Shown here: piece after piece, positions 11,176 through 23,260 of the stretch
Position numbering within the stretch: the first letter of the stretch is position 1
How the letters are laid out: every line of letters starts with the position of its first letter
Assembly: GCA_965197475.1 (NCBI GenBank)
Contig: CBDANF010000003.1
Location: 1,344,001 to 1,408,000, forward strand
From: Candidatus Poribacteria bacterium
GTDB lineage: Bacteria > Poribacteria > WGA-4E > WGA-3G
Reading direction: 5' to 3'
Length of the DNA stretch: 64,000 bases
The notes under the pieces: generated by a model
Told to the model about the DNA's origin: nothing
Databases searched by the model: none
What the model saw: the letters and a program-made list of their open reading frames with translations, nothing else
Program-made: the position numbers and the translations under genes

Positions 11176-11487
11176 TTGATGCATGACAAAAAATCAATAA
11201 TTCCCGTCCCAGTAGGGAACAACGGAGATGACGTAACTACATGGCCACTCCCCGAAGGTGCAATTGCTCGTTTAGGGCGCGGATGTGAACCAGATATCGC
11301 TTTTTCTCCAGATGGAAAATATATCGCAATAGGGAACTCATTAGGGCTTTGGTTGTACGACTATGAAACACTATCACCCATAGCACTATGGGAGACAGAA
11401 CGCGGGTTGATAGTTTGCGTTGCCTTTTCACCTAACGGGAAATGGATCGCCATCTATAATCTCAACAATATCATAAAAGTATTAGAC
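11176..11487 (+). pseudogene. WD40 protein N-terminal fragment truncated by an IS end
   Basis: WPLPEGAIARLGRG, AFSPDGKYIA; IS terminus starts at 11488. Confidence 0.8.
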
Positions 11488-11761
11488 CTGATATTTCTCA
11501 GAATGGTCTTCAACCTAATAATCATCAATAGAAACAAGGTGTAACGCCATGGAAATGCGTTTTTGCTGTGTCCATTTTCCTTGACTTTTATAGCATGAGA
11601 GCCCATCCTAATTACAGTTTCAGACATAAAATGCATTAGGAGGACATCTCATGCTAACTCAGCTTATCAAATCTATAACCTTTTTTCAACTACTTCTTTC
11701 TTCACAGTTTCGCACCTTGAAACAGGGTCTTGTTCATACCTTAGTGTTTTTGTCAACCTGT
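11488..11761 (+). mobile_element. IS701/IS4-like left end and transposase 5' remnant, cut by IS3
   Basis: Reverse-complement similarity to 9700-9974; MLTQLIKS resembles MRTHLIKS. Confidence 0.75.
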
Positions 11762-13031
11762 TGAAGTGCCAACGCTAATTAGGGCCAAAAAATCAGTAAA
11801 GTTAAGACAAGTTTTGTTGTTCAAATTCAACAGGTGTCAAATACCCTAACGCCGAGTGAGGGCGTTTGTGATGATACACCTGTGTGATAAAATGCCCGAT
11901 GCGTGTGCTGGCATCGGTTATATCCTCATAATCATTGAGATGAACTTCTTCCTCTTTGAGAGTTCGGATGGGTCTCCTTTCAGCATACCCGTTCTCCCAC
12001 GGACACCCTCTACGCGCTAAGGAAATCTCAATGCCGTGCTGTTTCAGCGTTGAGATATAGGCACTTGAAAGGGACTGAACCCCTTGATCGCTATGGTGGC
12101 TCTCTGGGATACTTTGGCGTCCTGCCTGTTCCAAGGCTTTCAGGGTCAGAGATGTGTTCAAATGTTGGCTGACCTGCCACCCTCTTATCATGCGAGTGAA
12201 TACATCCATGAGCACCGAAACATAGACGAAGCGTCTGTGGAGACGGACATACGTTATATCGCCAACTCAGACCTGATCACATCGACAGATGTCAAGTGCT
12301 TCAAGGCGATTCACCCAAGGCTGCGCACCTTCAAGCGATCTCGTAGTTTGACTGGAAACCCCTTTGACCGAAACCGACAAGTTCTGGGATTTCATCAATC
12401 GGGCGACGCGCCGATACCCAATGGTGTATCCCATACCCAACAGCATCTGCGTGATACGCCTATACCCATATTTCGGATAACGCGCACATAACTTCTCTAT
12501 TTCCTCACCAAGCACCTCTTCAGAAGGATCCCTTTTCGGGTGATAATAGAGAAGGCTCCGGTTGAAACCCAGCGTCTCACAAATCTGGTGAACTGAATAA
12601 TCGTCCCGCAACGCCTCAACGAGGTTTCGCTTATCAGACGAGGTTTCGCTTATCAGACGAGGTAACTCAACCAAGTGGAGGCTTTTTTTGGGATGTCTAA
12701 TGCCACGGTTAACCGTCCAACGAGTTGTTCAAGGTGGGCGATCCGCTCGGCCGCCTCGCTGGATCGCTTATCCGTGGAGGCAAACAGAGATGCCGCATTT
12801 TCAACGAGTTGCTGCTTCCACTTTGAGAGCTGGTCTTCGCTGAGGTTATGGCGGCGACACACTTCTGCTTGGGAACTTTCACCGCTGAAGGCCTCAAGAA
12901 CAACCTCCGCTTTAAACTCGGGGGTGAAGCTTCTTCGTTTTCGTTTCGCCATCGGATACTCCTTATAATTAGATTGTTATTATACCAAAATCTTGGTTTA
13001 GACAGTGGCCCTAATTTCCGATGGCAGTACA
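11762..13031 (-). mobile_element. IS3-family element, orfB inactivated
   Basis: TIRs TG(AAG/TAC)TGCCA...AATTAGGGCCA; orfA 12653-12952 (RRSFTPEFKAEVV); orfB 12267-12674 and 11802-12215 (YGYRRI, HHSDQG, WENGYAER, RPHSALGY) with internal TGA; no TSD. Confidence 0.9.
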
Positions 13032-13440
13032 GATTCGTGAAGGTGCCGCGGGTATGTACGCTAATTTTATCGTTACTGGCTTCGGAGAAGTTGGACTTGA
13101 TATCAATACACCCTCTTCACACGAGCAAGCTAAAGATGGTGGTTTGATTGTCAAAAACAGTATCTTCTTTGAGAATGGAAATGCTAACTTTGGCGATGAA
13201 AAAGATGATGATGGGTTTGATGAAGCCGCGTGGGCAAAAGGTCTTGGCAACAAGGAAAATGACCCAAATCTCGTAGATCCATTCAACAAGGATAACCCGA
13301 CCTTCACATCCGGCTCAGGTTCCTCTAGCGTGACACCAGCTACTCCAACCGATGGATACTTTGACCAAGTTACCTTCATCGGTGGCGTAGATCCTTCCAA
13401 CGATTGGACTAAGGGGTGGACAACGAGTGCGCGGAACTAA
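13032..13440 (+). pseudogene. C-terminal fragment of a secreted beta-helix-type protein, truncated by IS3
   Basis: IREGAAG...DGYFDQVTFIGGVDPSNDWTKGWT; the ATG in the ORF track lies inside the IS3 TIR. Confidence 0.65.
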
Positions 13441-13954
13441 ACAGTGTAGTACTACAATCTCTGCTGGGTGCTACCTCTCTTACATTGCGATTGCAGTTAT
13501 ACTGTTTAGCACTAGTTTGATGGGGTGTCAGCACCAAGTATGGAAAAACAGTCTCGACTCGCCAGACCAGCTTGGTCTGGTAGTCGTTGACGCTTTAAAT
13601 CAGAAAGATATTGTCCAGTTAAACGAGTTGCGGGTGCAACGGGAGGAGTATCTTTCCTGAATTTATCCATCTTTTCCGAAAAGCAATTTTTCACCTGATT
13701 TCGCTTAGTCAAACCTGAATAAAAAATGTTACGTCGGCATGAAAAGGTGGATCAACAGATACGGTGGTCTCAACCTTAGTTTTGTAAATATAAGATTCGA
13801 TGAACCAACAGAATCTTATGACGGGTTCCAACTTTTACGTGGAACCGTTTTGACGTTACAGAATTCCGCGGGGCAAAAAGGAGAATTGAAGATTCTGGGC
13901 TCTGTTGTTATGATGGATAATCGTTACAAACTACTTAGTTACGATGATGGCTAA
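13427..13954 (+). pseudogene. Lipoprotein pseudogene with two in-frame stops
   Basis: 13427-13660 and 13739-13954 are in the same frame, linked by TGA-IYPSFPKSNFSPDFA-TAG; lipobox-like LMGC. Confidence 0.7.
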
Positions 13955-14087
13955 TTTCGGTTTTTATGTAAGTTGAATCGTTTATTAATGTGTTTTTGGT
14001 ATGATATTTATACCAAATTGAAATCCATAAATATAGGCAAATATCTTAATCTAATTGCCTTTCCAGAATCTGGGAGGACTAAACTGA

Positions 14088-15101
14088 ATGAGTTACGCAC
14101 TCTCTAATTACGCATCTGGCAAACAGAGAAGAAAGCGTCGCAAGAAAAAGATGGAATTAACTGACAGCGCGGGCGGAAAAGTCCCGAACGTCGCAAAGAG
14201 GATGGCATCTGAAAAAGCTTCCGAAGTTTCAATCACAGTTGTTGATGCGCAACGGGAAAATCGTCAGGCAACTAAAAAATGGAAAGCAAAAGCAAGAAAG
14301 TTCGCATTCGGGATGGCAATTGGTCTTCACGCCGTTGCCCTTATCGTCGTTACGTTTTGGTTTATTAAAAAGACGGTTTTGCAGATGAATGTGGACAAGG
14401 TCCAAAGCATCGTTGTGGATCAACCCAAACCTCAAACAAAACGCACCAGTGCCCCTCGTCCAACTCAGAAAACGGCAAAACCCAAAGCTGTTGAAGTTCT
14501 TGTGCCGAAGAGCGGTGCTATTACTCCGCACACTAACGTCTCATTGGGACCAGCAGATTTTACTATTCCAATGACGGAACTACCGTCTGACGACACGATG
14601 CAACTTACGGCATTAGGAGCTGGAAAAGGTATAATGGATCAATCCGGCCAAGTGAAAATTGTCTCCACTGTTCCCAAGTTTGAAATGCCTAAGTTTGAAA
14701 CAACAGGCTTAACGATGAAAATGGATATGGGAACAAGTTTAGCCTCTATGGATTTTGGTGCTTCGGCGGATATCGGTCTGTCTGCTACAGATTTTGGAGC
14801 AACAAAGCAATCATTCACAGAATTTTTGAGGCAGGTCCGTGAACGGATTAAAGAGGTACAACGCTTCCCTCCAAACGTTCAGAAATTAGATGAAGGGTCC
14901 ATTACAACAATCCGCTTTACACTTCTTAAAAATGGTACAATTCGGGATCCGAAGGTTTCAAGTTCGTCTGGTTCGCGTGTTTTGGATAACGCTGCCCTCG
15001 CGGCTGCCCAAAACGCTGAGCCTTATCCACCGTTCCCCGAAGGACAAGCAGGAACAAGTATTCGGCTTGAATTACCGGTTGTCTTTGAATTGGCTAATTA
15101 G
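14088..15101 (+). CDS. TonB/TolA-family energy transducer
   Basis: TM with LHAV, Pro/Lys linker, C-terminal RFTLLKNG...SSSGSRVLDNAA..A...AEPYPPFP. Confidence 0.85.
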   Translation: MSYALSNYASGKQRRKRRKKKMELTDSAGGKVPNVAKRMASEKASEVSITVVDAQRENRQATKKWKAKARKFAFGMAIGLHAVALIVVTFWFIKKTVLQMNVDKVQSIVVDQPKPQTKRTSAPRPTQKTAKPKAVEVLVPKSGAITPHTNVSLGPADFTIPMTELPSDDTMQLTALGAGKGIMDQSGQVKIVSTVPKFEMPKFETTGLTMKMDMGTSLASMDFGASADIGLSATDFGATKQSFTEFLRQVRERIKEVQRFPPNVQKLDEGSITTIRFTLLKNGTIRDPKVSSSSGSRVLDNAALAAAQNAEPYPPFPEGQAGTSIRLELPVVFELAN

Positions 15102-15475
15102 TTATACCCAATTAACCCGATTTGTCCTGTGAGGTCCCCGTGCCTTGCAAGGCAAACCCTTATTAGAAAACTTCTAATCCCGTTAATTTGATATTAGATG
15201 TCTTGATAGGTTATCTATGAACACCCAATATTGATACCTACTAATACCATTTCTAAATGATGACTTTTCATTAACAAAAACGCGTTTGTCCTCGCGCAAT
15301 TCATTGCGCCTCGGACATTCAAGATGTCATAAATCTCCGTAATGCTATTTTATTCATTACAAGTGCGGAATGTAGGGTATAATACCAAATTAACTTGATT
15401 TGAAGTTTTCCGATAAAGTCAGCAGTGCAAGGCACGGGGACCTCACAGGACAAATCGGGTTAATTGGGTATAACT
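15100..15475. mobile_element. MITE cluster bounded by a perfect 50-bp inverted repeat
   Basis: 15100-15149 is the exact reverse complement of 15426-15475; two ~90-bp TACC(C/A)AATTAAC-ended MITEs with other MITE pieces between. Confidence 0.8.
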
Positions 15476-17409
15476 CACTGTAAATCTATTTCCCATAGTA
15501 ACACTGTGCCATCCTCACTTCCACTTGCGAGTATTGTGCCATCGGGAGAAAACGCCAGAGATGAAACCTCGGCAGTATGTCCTATAAACGTCTTTTTGAG
15601 CATTCCGGTGTTTGCAACCCATAACAATACCTTCCCATCACTATCCCCACTTGCGAGTATTGTCCCATCAAGCGAAAACACAACAGAAGATATACGCGAA
15701 GTGTGCTCTGTAAGAGTCTGTTTCAAATTTCCTGTGCTTGCATCCCACAGATGAATTTTACGATCATTCCCACCACTGGCAAGGATAGTGCCATCTGGAG
15801 AAAATGTAAGTGAAAAGCAGTAACTTGTATGTCCTGTGAGAGTATTGGTGTGTTCTCCAGTGTTTGCGTCCCAAAAACGGATATTCCCATCACCATCTCC
15901 ACTTGCAAGTATTGCACCGTCTGGAGAAAATGCCAAAGCATAAACCTGATGTATATGCCCTTTGAGAGTTTGTTTTAATTCTCCGGTGTGTGCATTCCAC
16001 AACCGAATCTCCCTTGCGTTATTTCCGTTTGCAAGTATCGCACCGTCCGGGGAATATGCCAGAGATTGAACAGCCCCTGCGTATTGAAACGTTTGCTTTA
16101 GTTTTCCAGTATGTGCATCCCATAAATGAATTTGCTCATTTAGACCCCAACTACCACTTGCGAGTGTTGCACCATCCGGGGAATACACCAGAGATGAAAC
16201 ATTAGCACGCCCTGTGCCTGGACCCGTAATAAGAGTCTTTCTTAGTTTCCCGGTATGTGTATTCCACATCCGAATCAAACCATCGTGTCCTCCACTGGTG
16301 ACAGTGTTTCCGTCCGAGGAATATGCAACTGATGAAATTAGAGAGTAGTGTCCTAAAAATGTAAGTTTGTGTTTTCCAGATTTGGCATCCCACAATTGTA
16401 TTTCGCTGCCTGCACTGGCAAGAGTTGTGCCATCTGGAGAATATTTCAATAAATATATACCTTCATTGTGTCCCGTCCCTACAAGCCTTTGTTTTAATTT
16501 TCCAGTGCTTGCCTCCCATAGACGAATTGTTCCACTTGCATCCGCACTGGCGAGTGTATTACCATCCACGGAATATGCCAGAGATGAGATGACATTGTCA
16601 TGTCCAGTAAGAGTATGCAGTATTTTGCCTGTCCGCACGTCACACAACAGGACTGTATGATTCGATTCCTCATCAAAGTCGGTATTAACTCCATATCCGC
16701 AAGCGAGTGTATTACCGTCATTGGAATATGCCAAAGAAAGAATATAATGTGAATGTTCACTATGCATGCGTTTGAGTAGTCCGGTTTCTACATCCCATAA
16801 TTGTACTTTACCATCTCCTGCACCACTAGCAAGTGTAGTGCCATCTGGAGAATATGCTAATGCGTAGACAGGTTTAGTATGTTCTTTAAAAATGTGTTTT
16901 ATTTTCCCTGTGTTTGTGTCCCACAGCTGGATATCAGCAGTTTCAAGAACCTCACCTCTACCATACATGCCTGTTCCATACCCACTGGCAAGCGTATTGC
17001 CGTCTGGAGAATACGTTAGAGCATATACAGGTTTCGTATGTTCTATAAGTATTTCTTTGAGTTTTCTGGTCTGTGTATCCCACAACCGAATCTCTCCATT
17101 GTGATATCCACTTGCAAGTATAGATCCATCCACGGAATACGCCATAGACATGACAATACCCGGACCAGTGAGTAGAGCGTTTTCTTGATGGGTTTTTGCA
17201 TCGTAGAGCCAAATCCCGATAGAAGACCCAACTGCGATTTGCGTGTTATTAGGTGAAAAAGTTATTCTTGTTGCTACTCCCTTACCAAGGCGAGATTTCA
17301 CACCCTCAGGTAAATTCAATTGTGATAAATCTTGAGCGATGGCGAATGGAGCACATACGAGCATCACAACAGTGTAGAATGTGAGGATAGAAAATAGTTT
17401 AGTTTTCAT
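15475..17409 (-). CDS. Secreted WD40 repeat protein (about 14 repeats)
   Basis: Signal peptide, LPEGVKSRLGKG, repeated H...V..LAYSPDG..LASG...I.LWD. Confidence 0.92.
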   Translation of the reverse strand: MKTKLFSILTFYTVVMLVCAPFAIAQDLSQLNLPEGVKSRLGKGVATRITFSPNNTQIAVGSSIGIWLYDAKTHQENALLTGPGIVMSMAYSVDGSILASGYHNGEIRLWDTQTRKLKEILIEHTKPVYALTYSPDGNTLASGYGTGMYGRGEVLETADIQLWDTNTGKIKHIFKEHTKPVYALAYSPDGTTLASGAGDGKVQLWDVETGLLKRMHSEHSHYILSLAYSNDGNTLACGYGVNTDFDEESNHTVLLCDVRTGKILHTLTGHDNVISSLAYSVDGNTLASADASGTIRLWEASTGKLKQRLVGTGHNEGIYLLKYSPDGTTLASAGSEIQLWDAKSGKHKLTFLGHYSLISSVAYSSDGNTVTSGGHDGLIRMWNTHTGKLRKTLITGPGTGRANVSSLVYSPDGATLASGSWGLNEQIHLWDAHTGKLKQTFQYAGAVQSLAYSPDGAILANGNNAREIRLWNAHTGELKQTLKGHIHQVYALAFSPDGAILASGDGDGNIRFWDANTGEHTNTLTGHTSYCFSLTFSPDGTILASGGNDRKIHLWDASTGNLKQTLTEHTSRISSVVFSLDGTILASGDSDGKVLLWVANTGMLKKTFIGHTAEVSSLAFSPDGTILASGSEDGTVLLWEIDLQ

Positions 17410-17488
17410 GAGAAGATATCCTTTTGAAATAAGATAGTTAAGTAATACCAAATTAACTTGATTCGAAGTTTTCCGATAAAGTCAAGCA

Positions 17489-18808
17489 TTACTCTGTTTC
17501 AAACGCGAGTTTTTCAGCTTTCGCTTTCTCCTCATTTACAAAGGCAAGTAGAATCAACCCAACGATAAAGAAAACCATTAATGAAATGATAGCGAGGCGT
17601 GCGCTACCTGTGACCTGCTTGATAACGCCAAAGGTCATTGGACCCCAAATCGACGAAAACTTGCTAAAGACAGAATAGAAACCGTAGAACTCTGCGCTTG
17701 TCCCTTCAGGAATCATCGCGCCATAGAAGGAACGACTCAATGCCTGTGTCCCGCCGAGTACAATACCAACGACTATACCCAAAATAAAAAATTCCGTTGC
17801 GGTATGGATGAAATAGCCGTAGATAACGACACCACTCCATAAAACTAAAGCGAACATCACAGAACGCCTCGCTCCAATGCGGCCTGCAAGTTGACTGAAG
17901 ATCAGCGCACCCCCTATTGCGACCACTTGGACAAGCAAGAGTGTCACCATCAGTGCTGTCGTGGAAAGTTTTAACTCTTCGGTACCGTAAATTGTCGCCA
18001 TGCTGGTAACTGTGTGGATACCATCGTTGTAGATCATATAAGCGATGAGGAAGAGGGTAAGGTGTTTAAAGCGTCCGACTTTTTTAGCGGTGGCGATTGT
18101 CCGGCTGATGCCAACGGTAAGATACGCTAAAACTTTCGGTTGATTGCGGTACTTTTCCGGAAGTTGATATGGTGTTTTTACCTCTTTTAGATATTTCATG
18201 GTCAACAATGTCCAACCTGCCCACCAGATCCCCGTCATAGCCATCCCGATGCGTGCTGCCATCGTTATACTAATACCGACTGTCTCGTGCATTGCAATAA
18301 GCCCGAGGGCGATAGCAAACTGCAGTGAACCGCCGACATATCCAAACGCATACCCTCTTGCAGAGACGGCATCCATTTTGTCCTCAGAGGCGATCTGTGG
18401 TAAAAACGCGTCGTAGAAGACATTAGCCCCAACAAAACAGACTTGAGAACCGATAAATAATAGAATTGTTAATCCTACATTGCCAGATTCTGAAAAATAG
18501 AGCAGCATTGCAAAGAGACTGCCCGTATACGCAAAACCCATGAGAAATCTCTTTTTCGCTGAAGAAAAATCAGCGATAGCACCAAGCACCGGAGCAAAGA
18601 GGAACACAAGGAATGCCGCGCCACCAAACATAAAGCCCCATAATGCTGTAGCACTCATATTCATGCCGAGGATGTCAACCCCAGCTTCACCTACAACAAC
18701 TCTCGCGAAATAATCGGGCAATATTGCGACAGCGGCGGTCGTGATGTAAGCTGAATTTGCCCAGTCGTACATACACCACCCAAAGATTGTTTTCTTATCG
18801 TTTTTCAC
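17489..18808 (-). CDS. MFS transporter (UMF1/Atg22-like)
   Basis: GWCMYDWANSA, VFYDAFLP, G.AFGYVGG, QALSRS; likely GTG start after AGGAG. Confidence 0.9.
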   Translation of the reverse strand: MKNDKKTIFGWCMYDWANSAYITTAAVAILPDYFARVVVGEAGVDILGMNMSATALWGFMFGGAAFLVFLFAPVLGAIADFSSAKKRFLMGFAYTGSLFAMLLYFSESGNVGLTILLFIGSQVCFVGANVFYDAFLPQIASEDKMDAVSARGYAFGYVGGSLQFAIALGLIAMHETVGISITMAARIGMAMTGIWWAGWTLLTMKYLKEVKTPYQLPEKYRNQPKVLAYLTVGISRTIATAKKVGRFKHLTLFLIAYMIYNDGIHTVTSMATIYGTEELKLSTTALMVTLLLVQVVAIGGALIFSQLAGRIGARRSVMFALVLWSGVVIYGYFIHTATEFFILGIVVGIVLGGTQALSRSFYGAMIPEGTSAEFYGFYSVFSKFSSIWGPMTFGVIKQVTGSARLAIISLMVFFIVGLILLAFVNEEKAKAEKLAFETE

Positions 18809-18978
18809 TGTTCTCCTGTCTGAAAAATGATCAGGATGGGACTTTTTCTGTATTTTCACACACTTTGGAAAGAAAATCAATAAGATTCTTTAGAGCGGGC
18901 GGCTGTCGGTATGAGTCGCGAGTAAAACTCGCTCCTACAAAAAGGATGGGAGAATGGAAGGAGGGAAGGCAGGTAAAA

Positions 18979-19023
18979 TAGGGGCAGTAGGAGCGTGAGG
19001 GTTCCACGCTCCTACTGCCCCTA
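18979..19023. terminator. 19-bp perfect hairpin downstream of katG
   Basis: taggggcagtaggagcgtg-agggttc-cacgctcctactgccccta. Confidence 0.65.
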
Positions 19024-19036
19024 CCTCGCGCCGAGA

Positions 19037-21244
<2,208 letters not shown>

Positions 21245-21424
21245 CTACATTTTTTCCAGCTTATTCTTTGACATACTCCCCTCTAAGCACTTATTTGAAA
21301 AATATAAATGGATCTCTGAAAGTTGTCATTTTACGGATTGATACCCTAAAAATCGGTTGATTTTGCCTCTAAAATGACAAAAGATGACCATTTCATCTAC
21401 TTCTGAAACACGTTCTAAGTGTTA

Positions 21425-21546
21425 CAGGACTTACGCATTCCCCCTTGATAAGGGGGTTAGTGGGGTTAAATAAGCAGAATTTTGGTATTTTAACCCCCTA
21501 AATCCCCCTTATCAGGGGGACTTTAAGAGGAAATGCGTAAGTCCTG
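21425..21546. mobile_element. 122-bp MITE with TIR CAGGACTTACGCA and 6-bp TSD GTGTTA
   Basis: Same TIR as 249-370; GTGTTA at 21419-21424 and 21547-21552; interior has two ccccct..aggggg palindromes. Confidence 0.9.
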
Positions 21547-21650
21547 GTGTTATAAAAGGGAGACTTACATCCTATTCCTTGAATATATTATACATCAACG
21601 CTGCAAAGAATGAAAACAAAAATTTGACTTCGCTCGTACACGTCATATAA

Positions 21651-21846
21651 TACCATTTCTATGTGATTATATTTTATTATTCCGTAGGTCGGGTATCGTT
21701 TTGCGCTCTACCCATAGCCGTCAATTTAAGAAAAAAGATATGTGATGTAAAGTAGTAGGCACACTCCGTGCGCCGTAATCTTTTCGCTTGTAGACAGCAC
21801 ACGGAGCGTGCCGTCTACCTTTAAGCGTATATCTAACATCGGCTAT
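21651..21846. mobile_element. Nested MITEs: truncated TACCATTTCTA-type MITE followed by an ATAGCCG-ended MITE with a REP doublet
   Basis: 21651-21713 matches the reverse complement of the 24760-24818 end; 21714-21846 has atagccg/cggctat ends and gtaggcacactccgtg...cacggagcgtgccgtctac. Confidence 0.6.
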
Positions 21847-22023
21847 TTATGAACCACCCTCAACAAAATAACCTTGCTGTCCAGAACATTGTGGGGAAAG
21901 ATTGATATTCTTTGAAGAACTCTTGGAAGAATCCAGAAGATTAATGTATAATTTTAACAGATTGGGTATAATAGCAGTAATCTTTTTAACGCTGAAAATA
22001 TACTTGTCTGTAGGAGAAACTCA

Positions 22024-23142
22024 ATGAAAATAGTTGAGGTAAAAACCTATATGGTCGACGTGCCGCCTCCACATTGGGGTGGTAGGCATTGGATTTTTGT
22101 CAAATTAGTGACTGATGAAGGGATTGAAGGCGTAGGAGAATGTACCTATCATACCCGATTAAACCACGTCGTCATCGAATTGATCAAGGATTGGGGAGAA
22201 CGTTATCTCATTGGTACTGATCCGTTTCGGATTGAAAAAATCTGGTCAACACTTTATGAAGGACCTTGCGTGCGACATTCCGGTCCGCTCGTCACACCCG
22301 CGATGAGTGCAATAGAGATGGCGTGTTGGGATATTGTCGGGAAGGCAGTCAACCAACCCATTTACAATCTATTGGGTGGTATGTTCCATGAAAAATTGAG
22401 AGCCTATTCCTATCTCTTGGAATGGCGGCACGGCGATTCTCCAGAAAAAACCGGTGAACTCGCTCTTTCTTACGTTGAAAAGGGGTTTACCGCTGTCAAA
22501 TTCGATCCTGTCCATCCACATACGGCAGATAGGTTAGAAGTGCTTAACTATGCGGAGAGTGTCATCCGTGGAATTCGTGATGCTGTTGGCGATAAATGTG
22601 ATATTCTTATCGGCACACACGGGCAATTCAACACGAACAGTGCCATCCGTTTTGCAAAACGTGTAGAACCTTACGACCCGCTTTGGTTTGAAGAACCGAT
22701 CCCCCCTGAAAATATAAAAGAGATGGCACGTGTCGCACAATCTACAAGCATTCCTATAGCTACCGGTGAACGGTTGCTGACCAAATATGAGTTTGCTGAT
22801 CTGTTGGAACAGCAGGCAGCATCTATTTTGCAGATGGATTTGACAATAACCGGTGGCATCCTTGAAGCGAAGAAAATTGCATCTATGGGTGAGGCACACT
22901 ACGCGCAAATTGCTCCACACCTATACGGCGGTCCCATCGGCGGCGCAGCGAATATACAGTTAGATGTCTGTAGTCCAAACTTCCTGATTCAAGAAGGAAT
23001 CCACATGTGGGACGGATTTCACGCGGAAATTCTCAAGGAGCCAATACAGTGGGAAAATGGATACATCATTCCACCGACAAAACCTGGGCTCGGTGTTGAG
23101 CTGAACGAAGATGTTTTGGAAAAACACACAATTGAACTCTGA
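22024..23142 (+). CDS. Mandelate racemase/muconate lactonizing enzyme family (DgoD-like dehydratase)
   Basis: VKLVTDEGIEGVGE, SAIEMACWDIVGKA, WFEEP, ATGERL, PGLGVELNE. Confidence 0.9.
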   Translation: MKIVEVKTYMVDVPPPHWGGRHWIFVKLVTDEGIEGVGECTYHTRLNHVVIELIKDWGERYLIGTDPFRIEKIWSTLYEGPCVRHSGPLVTPAMSAIEMACWDIVGKAVNQPIYNLLGGMFHEKLRAYSYLLEWRHGDSPEKTGELALSYVEKGFTAVKFDPVHPHTADRLEVLNYAESVIRGIRDAVGDKCDILIGTHGQFNTNSAIRFAKRVEPYDPLWFEEPIPPENIKEMARVAQSTSIPIATGERLLTKYEFADLLEQQAASILQMDLTITGGILEAKKIASMGEAHYAQIAPHLYGGPIGGAANIQLDVCSPNFLIQEGIHMWDGFHAEILKEPIQWENGYIIPPTKPGLGVELNEDVLEKHTIEL

Positions 23143-23260
23143 TTCTGAGGAGCATTACATTGTTTATAGTAGATTTTACAGTTAACGATACACCATTGAT
23201 TAGCGCGCAGACATCGGATATCTACATATTTTATATTCACCATAAATCACCTATCAGAAA

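Noticed and set aside
13021-13031. ATG start of the 139-aa ORF
   Set aside because: Lies inside the IS3 terminal repeat; the ORF is a truncated 3' fragment
13427-13954. Stop-codon recoding
   Set aside because: Two different stops (TGA and TAG), each one step from TGG, while both are used as normal stops elsewhere; decay is simpler
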